The translations under genes and the position numbers were made by a program. Below are positions 8,369-16,432 of a stretch of 32,000 nt of DNA, piece by piece; position 1 is the stretch's first letter; each line of letters begins with the position of its first letter. The DNA is taken from positions 1 through 32,000 of the forward strand of contig JAUWKS010000003.1 of assembly GCA_030614005.1 (NCBI GenBank), read 5' to 3'. This DNA is from Candidatus Heimdallarchaeota archaeon (GTDB lineage: Archaea > Asgardarchaeota > Heimdallarchaeia > JABLTI01). The notes beneath the pieces were generated by a model. That model saw only the letters and a list, made by a program, of their open reading frames with translations, was not told the DNA's origin and did no database searches.

Positions 8369-8511
8369 TTTAATACCATTCCTAATGAATAAAAGATATC
8401 TTATCTTCTTATGACCATATGTTACTAAGGAATATATATAAAACTTTACGAGTGGGTAAATTTCAGACAACTTGAAAAAAGAGGTAGAAATAGTTCTAGT
8501 ATGTTGGATTA

Positions 8512-9432
8512 CTATTTCTCTAAAAATTCTTGAACTTTGTATGCTGCAACACACCCGTCACCAACAGCAGTAGCAATTTGTTTTATTCGTCCACAAACAT
8601 CACCAATAGCATAAACGCCGGGGATATTTGTTTCCATAGTAGAAATGTCGGATGTAATATAGCCTCGTTCATCTACTTCAATTTTTAGTTGGTCTGCTAA
8701 AAGAGTATTTGGCACACTGCCGTATTCGATGAAAATGCCTTCAACATTTACTTTTTGTTCTTCTTTACTGGACTTGAAAGTAAATGATTCTACGTAATCT
8801 CCACCTGCTATTTCGGATACCCTAGTTTGATAATGAATTTCAATATTATCTCGAGTTTTTAACCGTGCTTCATAAATAGGTTCAGCTCCTAACTCCTTTC
8901 TCGTACAGATCAAGTAAACTTTAGAAGAAATATTAGAAAGATAAATCGCTGCTTTTGCTGCTCCTGTTCCATAGCCTAGGACAGCTGTTGGTTTCCCTTG
9001 ATAAAGAGCACCATCGCAAACTGCGCAATAAGACACTCCCTTACTATAATATTCTTCTTCACCTTTAATTTTCATTTTTCGATGTCTTGCACCCATACCA
9101 AGAATAACTGCTTGAGCTTCTATTGTTTCCTCTTCTTCAGTTTTTACAATGAATTTGCCGTTCTCTTTTTCGATTGAAATAACTTTATCATAAGAAACTT
9201 TAGCTCCATTTGCTTTAGTTTGTTTATCCATTGCTTCCATGAGTTCTAAACCTTGCACTCCTTTTGCATACCCTGAATAATTTTCAATCAAACCTAAATT
9301 CGCAACTTGAGATTCATAAGGATTACCAATTACTAATGTTGAAATTCCTGCTCTGGCAGTATAAATTCCTGCTGTTAATCCTGCTGGTCCTGCTCCTACA
9401 ATTACAACTTGATATTCTTTCTTTTCTGACAT
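8512..9432 (-). CDS. trxB: Thioredoxin-disulfide reductase (low-MW TrxR family)
   Basis: GAGPAG FAD motif, GVSYCAVCDG redox CxxC, TNIPGVYAIGD and QIATAVGDG. Confidence 0.9.
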   Translation of the reverse strand: MSEKKEYQVVIVGAGPAGLTAGIYTARAGISTLVIGNPYESQVANLGLIENYSGYAKGVQGLELMEAMDKQTKANGAKVSYDKVISIEKENGKFIVKTEEEETIEAQAVILGMGARHRKMKIKGEEEYYSKGVSYCAVCDGALYQGKPTAVLGYGTGAAKAAIYLSNISSKVYLICTRKELGAEPIYEARLKTRDNIEIHYQTRVSEIAGGDYVESFTFKSSKEEQKVNVEGIFIEYGSVPNTLLADQLKIEVDERGYITSDISTMETNIPGVYAIGDVCGRIKQIATAVGDGCVAAYKVQEFLEK

Positions 9433-9532
9433 TCTATTTTTCTATCCTATGTTTTATTTTTTGGTTAAATTATTGTTATCCACAGAGAAATTGGAGGGTA
9501 ATTAAATATACTTCTCCTTACATTTTAATTTT

Positions 9533-11140
9533 TTATTCATAAAAAATCTTAGTTATTTTACCAATGCCTTTTGTTCTCCCCTCTCTGAAAAGTATCTTTG
9601 TTCCTTCTTTCAAATATTCAGGGTAATACATGAATCTAAATCTAACCTTTGCCTTATCTCCCGTTCTTATTACATCTTTATTCATATCAATAATTTTTGC
9701 TGTTTGTCGAATCGTACCACAATGAATTACTGCTTGATAGTTCTTTTGGATTGTTGTGGAATGATATAATATTAGTACTTCCGCTTCAAATTCTTGCGCA
9801 ACTTTTGGAATGATTTGTTGGTCAAGTAATACCATGCCTTTTCTAACTGCTGTTCTTTGGATTCTTCTTAATGCAAATGTTGCTGTTTGACCTGCTACCA
9901 CTCTTTTAACTGGCAATCGTTTATTATGTATGCTCTTTATTTTCACTTCTTTGAATTTGCCATTTTCATCCGGTCCTAATTGTAAAATATCATCGATTGT
10001 TACAGATCCACTCAATAGTGTTCCTGCTACAATAGTGCCTACGCCAGTAACTGAATAAGTTTCATCAATATGAAACTCTGAATGTTTATCAATAAACTCT
10101 TCCCACTTTTTATTTGCCGGAAGGATATTGAGGAATTTCCTAAGAAGAGCTAGATTTTCACCTGTTACATTAGAAACGAGAAAGATAGGTGCAATTCTTC
10201 CTGATAGAAGGTTTTTTGCACTTACTATTATATCGTCTTCATTTCTAATAATTATTGGGATTTTGTTCGAACCTGGTAGTTTCAGCAATTTCATCAAATT
10301 GTCAGTTGTTTGTTTTAAGATGTGTTTAGGGCAGATATCGATTTTTGTTATTACAATAATCACTGGAACTTTCAGTGCTAGAACAATGCCAAGATGCTCC
10401 TTTGTCATTCCAACAACTCCCATATTAGAACCAACAACAAGTAATGCATAGTCTGGTAAATGTCCCGTTAGACCGAAAAGTGTTGTTTTCAGATATTTCT
10501 CATGACCACCCAAATCGATAAAAGTTAGTACTTTTGCACTTCCTTCAATTATTTTAGTCCAAGATTGACTACCTAATAAATTATAATTTACAATTTCACC
10601 TTTGCTATCAAATCCAAGGATCTGTTGACTAATGCTGGATGTTCTCCCAGTTTCCACTTCGTGTTTATGTCGAAATACATTAACTCGAGCCAATCCTCTT
10701 CCATTATCTAATTTCCCTTGAGTAAGCACTCCAACTAATGTGCTCTTTCCACTATCAACATTTCCGGCAACCGCAACTCTTACTTCAATGTATTCCTCTT
10801 CTGCTAGTTTTCGTACTAAAACTTCTGCAACTTTTCCGGATTCCCCTTCCCTTTCTCTTAGAATTGTTATATCTGCTTGAAGTTGTTCAGCCATTTTTTC
10901 AAGGGTTTTAATGGAGTTCTTTAGTTCTTCTTCACTGATGCCCTTAGGATAACCATTATCTTCGATACCAATTTCATAAATCGCTTCTCCTTGTCCTTCT
11001 TGCAGGCGGAATTTCATCTGAGTAACTAAATGCTCAAACCTAGTTGCTGTAGGATCGATTAACTTTAATTTGTATTCGATATTTCCTTCTTCATTCTCTT
11101 GACCCAAAGAAGGAGTTTTGTTTTTATTGGGAGAAGACAT
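9533..11140 (-). CDS. GTPBP1/GTPBP2-like translational GTPase
   Basis: N-terminal EEGNIEYKLKL...RFEHLVTQMKFRLQEG.GEA.YEIG; G1 GNVDSGKST; FRHKHEVETGRTSS; G3 DLGGH; G4 TKID; EF-Tu-like domains II and III ending REGRTKGIG. Confidence 0.93.
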   Translation of the reverse strand: MSSPNKNKTPSLGQENEEGNIEYKLKLIDPTATRFEHLVTQMKFRLQEGQGEAIYEIGIEDNGYPKGISEEELKNSIKTLEKMAEQLQADITILREREGESGKVAEVLVRKLAEEEYIEVRVAVAGNVDSGKSTLVGVLTQGKLDNGRGLARVNVFRHKHEVETGRTSSISQQILGFDSKGEIVNYNLLGSQSWTKIIEGSAKVLTFIDLGGHEKYLKTTLFGLTGHLPDYALLVVGSNMGVVGMTKEHLGIVLALKVPVIIVITKIDICPKHILKQTTDNLMKLLKLPGSNKIPIIIRNEDDIIVSAKNLLSGRIAPIFLVSNVTGENLALLRKFLNILPANKKWEEFIDKHSEFHIDETYSVTGVGTIVAGTLLSGSVTIDDILQLGPDENGKFKEVKIKSIHNKRLPVKRVVAGQTATFALRRIQRTAVRKGMVLLDQQIIPKVAQEFEAEVLILYHSTTIQKNYQAVIHCGTIRQTAKIIDMNKDVIRTGDKAKVRFRFMYYPEYLKEGTKILFREGRTKGIGKITKIFYE

Positions 11141-11248
11141 ATTTACAAACTCATTTTACTATCAAATAAAAATAGTCTATCTTGCTATATTAATACTAAG
11201 AATAATTTGTTTGGTTGCTTCTAATACTAGAAGCAATAGAGTGTACCT

Positions 11249-12457
11249 CTAATCTTTAATGTTAATTTTTATGTCTTGATTTGTTAGTTTTCTTACTTCT
11301 CTTTGAGTTTCAGCTGCTAATGAAGCAATGTCTTTGTTCAATTCTTGAAGAGAATTATCTAATTCACGAATTCTACGCTGTTGGCGATTCTCGTTTTTCT
11401 CTAAAGCTTCTTGTGCTTCTTTAAATTCTTGTATCTGATTCTTTAAACTAAGATCTTCTATTTTTATTTCGATGTTGGTTATCTGTTCTTTAAGCTTAAG
11501 TAAATCAGTATGAAGCTCTTTAATGGATCCATCAATTACTTCTTGTGCATGTGCTATTGCTTTATTTTTCATTGAGGTCTTCAATTTTATTTTATCAGCT
11601 TTTGAAGCATCGATTAATATTTCCATTAGATCATTTAACTTTCCGTGGCCCTCGTTTAATTCCCAAAGTACCTCTAAAGGATTTTCTCTAATGAGATTTG
11701 CAATCTTAACCAACTCCGGTGGAACCATAACAATTCCATCTTGTGCTCGAGAAGTTAATTTTCTAAGAGGTTTATCCATTCCTCCGAGTTCTAGACGGAG
11801 TTTCTTTCCAATTATTTGTACTTCTTTATTAAGCTCATCTAATTGTGACAAAACTTCTTTTGATTCAAGGGAAATTACACTATTGTTTAATTCTGAAATC
11901 TTTTTTGTAATAACATCAACTTCTGCATTTTCAACAGAAATTTGTTTCTTAAGCTTGTCTCGTTCATTAACCTTATCGATAATTAGTAAAATTTTATCAG
12001 AAGTATTATCCACTTCTTGGAGTAAAACAGTTTTATTTTCAATAAATTGACTAATGTCTTGATAATTTTTTTGAATTCTAGTCAATGCTCTGTTTAAAAT
12101 AAATATTCTCGTTTTGTATTTGCGTTTCAAGTTTGGAACGAATCTTCTTCCAATTATCATAACTCTATGCAAAAACTTCTCCAAACTTTTAATCCACACT
12201 TCAGTTGTTTTATAGGTAATCTCTTCAGGGTACTCAAAATTAGAAACCATTGCAGTCATTTTTTCGTAGATATTTTGTGAAGAACGTGTTTCAGCATCTA
12301 TAGTATCACCAATTTCGAAATCTTGTGCTGCAAGTTCTAATTCTTCCATCGAAGATTTGACTAATTCTACTCTCTTATGTATTTCTTGCCGCACTTTTTT
12401 AACACTATTTTCGGTTTCATCTTTAAACCATTTATTCATTTTACTTAGCGAAATCAA
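11249..12457 (-). CDS. Hypothetical all-helical protein with a long C-terminal coiled coil
   Basis: 402-aa Lys/Glu/Leu-rich ORF with extended heptads; no Walker motifs; TTG start (alternative ATG 12439). Confidence 0.8.
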   Translation of the reverse strand: MISLSKMNKWFKDETENSVKKVRQEIHKRVELVKSSMEELELAAQDFEIGDTIDAETRSSQNIYEKMTAMVSNFEYPEEITYKTTEVWIKSLEKFLHRVMIIGRRFVPNLKRKYKTRIFILNRALTRIQKNYQDISQFIENKTVLLQEVDNTSDKILLIIDKVNERDKLKKQISVENAEVDVITKKISELNNSVISLESKEVLSQLDELNKEVQIIGKKLRLELGGMDKPLRKLTSRAQDGIVMVPPELVKIANLIRENPLEVLWELNEGHGKLNDLMEILIDASKADKIKLKTSMKNKAIAHAQEVIDGSIKELHTDLLKLKEQITNIEIKIEDLSLKNQIQEFKEAQEALEKNENRQQRRIRELDNSLQELNKDIASLAAETQREVRKLTNQDIKINIKD

Positions 12458-12735
12458 TTTGTAACATCCTTAGAACAATTGATAATCAATAATTCAATGC
12501 TGAAATTTATCTTAAGATATAATACTAAATTGTTTATTTTGTTTTATTTATGTTTCCTAATTTCTCATTCAATCAATTTTGGAAAATTATTCAAAAAGAG
12601 ATGAGATAGAAGGATTTCTTAATTATGAATGGTAGAAAAAGATTTTTAACTGTGATTTATAAAGATTTGAAAATTAGGATTAAATTTAATTATAAGTTAT
12701 GACTAAAGTTCTTTGGTACAGATATCTTCTGTAGG

Positions 12736-13626
12736 ATGAAACAAATGCCCTCAAAACAAGTAAATAAGACAAATCTAAAGGAATCAGTTATTGAAATTAA
12801 AAAGAAATTCAATATTGTTGGACGAACAAGTGAATTGATGAGATCACTTGCAGCAAAAGCTGCTGGAAGACATATCCTCTTAGAAGGACCTGTTGGAGTT
12901 GGAAAAACGGAAATTGCTCATGCCCTTGCTGCTTATTTAAACACTGAATTTGTTAGATTTGATGGAGATGAAAGATACCATCCTGATAAATTGGTTGGCC
13001 ATTTCGACCCTCCAGTTGTCTTAGAGAAAGGTTATTCCTTCGATTCTTTTGTATCAGGACCTCTTATTCGCGCTATGAATAGTGGTGCTATTCTCTTTGC
13101 AAATGAGATCAACCGTTGCCCAGAATCCACACAAAATGTTCTGTTATCAGCAATGGATGAAGCAAGAATTGTAATACCAAAACTTGGAGAAGTAAATGCA
13201 AAAGATGGTTTCTTTATAATTGCTACACAAAATCCAGTTGAATTTATTGCAACAACACCACTAGGTGAAGCTATCAAAGATAGATTCGTTTGGATTAGGC
13301 TTGATTATCAATCTGCGGCAGAAGAAAAACAGATTGTTGAAGCAAAAATGAAAGATTCTCCAAAAAATCTTGTTGATTACTCAGTTGCTATTATAAGAGA
13401 AACACGTATTTCACCTAAATTACGAAGAGGAGCAAGTATCAGAGGTGCAATTGATTTAGCTTCAATTATTTTTGAATTTGAAGATCGACCACTTCAAACT
13501 TGGATTGATATTAGTATTATGGCCCTTGCAACTAAGATAGAATTGGAAGATGGTATTGAAGAGAAAATTGAGATTGTTATAGAAGAAATTGTACGTAAGG
13601 TTATTGGAAAGTTTTTTCGGACCTAG
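12736..13626 (+). CDS. MoxR-family AAA+ ATPase (CoxD/CbbQ-like)
   Basis: Walker A GPVGVGKT; Walker B region LFANEINR; QNVLLSAMDE; IATQNP; DRF sensor/arginine-finger motif. Confidence 0.9.
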   Translation: MKQMPSKQVNKTNLKESVIEIKKKFNIVGRTSELMRSLAAKAAGRHILLEGPVGVGKTEIAHALAAYLNTEFVRFDGDERYHPDKLVGHFDPPVVLEKGYSFDSFVSGPLIRAMNSGAILFANEINRCPESTQNVLLSAMDEARIVIPKLGEVNAKDGFFIIATQNPVEFIATTPLGEAIKDRFVWIRLDYQSAAEEKQIVEAKMKDSPKNLVDYSVAIIRETRISPKLRRGASIRGAIDLASIIFEFEDRPLQTWIDISIMALATKIELEDGIEEKIEIVIEEIVRKVIGKFFRT

Positions 13627-13636
13627 TGAGATAGCA

Positions 13637-14698
13637 ATGCCTCAACCGGGTGGCGCCCGACCTCCTCCTCAATTTGGTCGATTGACACCTGAAAAACTCG
13701 TAGAAGCAGAAATAGTTGCTGGTACGCGTTCAGCTGAACAATATCAAGATATGACTAAGGGAATGAAATTTCCTAAAATTAAAAAATTGACTGAGCTAGC
13801 TATTGACTATGATAATATTCCTGCTTTAAAGGGCATTGCAAAAAGCAATCAATATGCAGTTGCTGAGGCACTTCAATCTAACGAAGGAGTAAGAATGTTA
13901 GAAAGAAGAGCGGCAAGAGGAGAAGGCAGTGCACCAGAATTATTCTTTATGTTGCGAAGCAATTATGATCCGAAATACAGAAAAATATATCGAAGATTAG
14001 CACGAAAATCCATTTTGAAATCCTCTTACAGAGTAGTAGGTCGTGGATTAAAAGGAGAAATACGAGTTAAGACTGAATATGAACCTGGTATGACTGATTT
14101 TGATATGGATAATTTAATTGAAAAGTATCTGCTAAATCGGTATATTCAATATTCTGATATTGTTGCTATTGAACGAAGAAGTAGAGAAAAAATCGGTGTT
14201 TTGATGTTTGATACTTCTGGGTCATTATACGGTTCAAAATTCAGAAATGCTGCTATGGCTGTAGCTATCCTTGCCTATCATTTAGCTAAAGAAAGGTATG
14301 CTGTTATTCTTTTCAATACAAAAGCAACAGTCATCAAAAAATTGGATGAAAAAGTAAAGATAGATGAGTTAATCGATAGAGTGCTAGAAAGTGAATCTGC
14401 AGGATATACAAATATCTCTGAGGCATTAAAAACTGGATTGCTAGAGTTAAATAAAGACAAACGAACAGAGAAATTTGGTGTACTGATTACTGATGGGTGT
14501 TTCAATAGAGGCGATGACCCACGACCTTTTGCAAAAAGTTATTTCAATCTACATGTGTTAAGCCTGCCAACTGATAAAGCATGGGGTGAAAAAGTTTGTA
14601 GAGATTTATCTAGACTAGGCAAAGGACGTTTTATGAGAGTGCACAGTGTAAATCAAATACCAAGAATTCTAATGAAATTATTACGCAAAAAAAGCTAA
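13637..14698 (+). CDS. VWA (MIDAS) domain protein, CoxE-like partner of the MoxR ATPase
   Basis: MIDAS motifs DTSGS, GYTN and ITDG; EYEPGMTDFDMD...E CoxE-like pre-VWA motif; ATG 13637 preferred over TTG 13589. Confidence 0.85.
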   Translation: MPQPGGARPPPQFGRLTPEKLVEAEIVAGTRSAEQYQDMTKGMKFPKIKKLTELAIDYDNIPALKGIAKSNQYAVAEALQSNEGVRMLERRAARGEGSAPELFFMLRSNYDPKYRKIYRRLARKSILKSSYRVVGRGLKGEIRVKTEYEPGMTDFDMDNLIEKYLLNRYIQYSDIVAIERRSREKIGVLMFDTSGSLYGSKFRNAAMAVAILAYHLAKERYAVILFNTKATVIKKLDEKVKIDELIDRVLESESAGYTNISEALKTGLLELNKDKRTEKFGVLITDGCFNRGDDPRPFAKSYFNLHVLSLPTDKAWGEKVCRDLSRLGKGRFMRVHSVNQIPRILMKLLRKKS

Positions 14699-14777
14699 TG
14701 TAATATGAATATAACTGAAAAATAATAACAAAATTTCAATTCTATAAAAATAAAAAAAATAAGAAGAGGATCCAAAA

Positions 14778-15083
14778 TTAAAGATTGAACATTTTGGATA
14801 AATCTTCAGTTTCTTCTTCTACTTGTGGTTTTTTCTTTCTAGTGTAAGCAGAGATTAGTTCAGGATGGTGGAATTGTACATGTTCTCTCCAATTCTTTAC
14901 CATGGTACCACAGTAACCACAGATACTTAACGCCTCTTTCTCTTCTCTTCTCTTCAAATATTCGGCATATTTTGGATGCTTTCTTCTCATATGTTCTTCT
15001 ACGTCGTCGACTAAGCATTGACAAATTTTGCAAAATTTAAGCCCTTGTCTTTTATTTTGAATAATAGATGATTTAGCACACAA
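14778..15083 (-). CDS. Small protein with two C2H2-type zinc fingers
   Basis: Two Cx2Cx9Hx4H units (CKIC...HMRRKH and CGYC...HVQFHH) joined by a basic helix; start codon uncertain (TTG). Confidence 0.7.
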   Translation of the reverse strand: MCAKSSIIQNKRQGLKFCKICQCLVDDVEEHMRRKHPKYAEYLKRREEKEALSICGYCGTMVKNWREHVQFHHPELISAYTRKKKPQVEEETEDLSKMFNL

Positions 15084-15479
15084 TTTGAAATCCTCGGCGT
15101 ATTTTTAGATTAAAAATTCATTGTTTCTTTATCAAGAATTAACAATCAAGATACAATATATTAAAATCTTAGCACTTACTATAAAAGTATTACTCGTGTG
15201 CCATTTTTTCGAAAAATGTGCAGTAACAAAGAGCTAAATCATGTGTTTTTATTGTCATTTTGTCAATAAAAAAATTACTGTACTATCTAATTAGTACCTT
15301 TTTTGCAAAAAAATAGGCATAAATTTCTGCCGTTTTTTGTGTTTTTTTGTCCGTAGAAAGTGAAAGCAGTACATTTTAAAAGACATCATTTCTCTTTTCA
15401 CATAGTTCTTTGGAAAAAAATAAAAGCAGTAATTATATTGTATTCACTGCTAGATATCTAGGAGCAAAGAGATTCAATT

Positions 15480-16373
15480 ATGACTTTACGAATTGCTTGG
15501 GCGATTACAGGCGCAGGTTGCTGGTTAACAGAAAGTTTTGCTGTTCTAGGAAAATTGTTGAAAAAAGACAATATTAAAATCGACTTATTCTTCAGTGAAG
15601 CTGGTAGGGAAGTTGCTCAATGTTACGGTGTGTTTAAATCTCCTGTACCATTGAAAACGGCATTTATAGATAAGATTCGTGAAATACCAAATTTTAATGA
15701 GGATATCTTTATGCCTAATTTTATTGAAAAGTTTCAATGGTTAGGTGCCAAGGATACTCGTGATCTTAAGGACACTCTGATTGAAAGGTCCCCAGAAGAA
15801 GAATTTGATTTTGAGGAAGCTTTCCGTGATGTGGTTTTTGAAATAGATGAAGGTTCTAGTTTTCCAACAGCAGCAACAGCTTCAAACAATAGATATGACG
15901 CGATAATCATTTCTCCTGCGACAGGTAATACTGTAGCAAAAATTTCCCAAGGCATTGCAGATAATTTAGTTTCAAACTTGGCAATAATGGGTAGTAAAAG
16001 TGAAAGCACTCCTGTAATTGTTATTCCAACCGATTTCAAAGAAGGAATATCAAAAAGTTATCTACCAATTATGCTTCATTCCGATACATGCAGAAAATGT
16101 GCTGAATGTTCTTCACTTTGGGCTTGTAAACCTGGTGCAATAAGAAGAAAACGAGGAAAAGTGCAAATCCATCGTTTGAAATGTACTGGTTGTTTGGATT
16201 GTGTAAGATATTGTCGACATGGTATCATTTCTTTTCTCGAAGAAATTGAAGTTCACGTTAGACCACGTGAGGCTGAAGCAACTAACTTACTCAAAAGCCA
16301 ACATGGTTTTCTTATCATGGAAACTCCTGAAGAAGCTTACAACTACATTTGTAAGAATTTGAAAAAGAGCTAG
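15480..16373 (+). CDS. Archaeal flavoprotein with a 2x[4Fe-4S] ferredoxin module; dihydromethanopterin reductase (DmrX/AfpA family)
   Basis: RIAWAITGAG, SPATGNTVAK...GIADNLV, and cluster motifs CRKCAEC...C and CTGCLDCVRYC. Confidence 0.85.
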   Translation: MTLRIAWAITGAGCWLTESFAVLGKLLKKDNIKIDLFFSEAGREVAQCYGVFKSPVPLKTAFIDKIREIPNFNEDIFMPNFIEKFQWLGAKDTRDLKDTLIERSPEEEFDFEEAFRDVVFEIDEGSSFPTAATASNNRYDAIIISPATGNTVAKISQGIADNLVSNLAIMGSKSESTPVIVIPTDFKEGISKSYLPIMLHSDTCRKCAECSSLWACKPGAIRRKRGKVQIHRLKCTGCLDCVRYCRHGIISFLEEIEVHVRPREAEATNLLKSQHGFLIMETPEEAYNYICKNLKKS

Positions 16374-16432
16374 CTTACAGTTTGTGCAAACTCTCTTAAT
16401 ACTAGAGTTAATTTACTTTATAATGGAGTTGT

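Noticed and set aside
8369-8554. 62-aa N-terminal extension of ORF 7514..8554
   Set aside because: It overlaps the trxB 3' end and AT-rich promoter-like DNA; ATG 8368 is more plausible.
15091-15098. TCCTCGGC matching the tRNA 3' end (189-196) as a possible attR of an integrated element
   Set aside because: Only 8 nt match, there is no integrase, and core housekeeping genes lie between the two copies.
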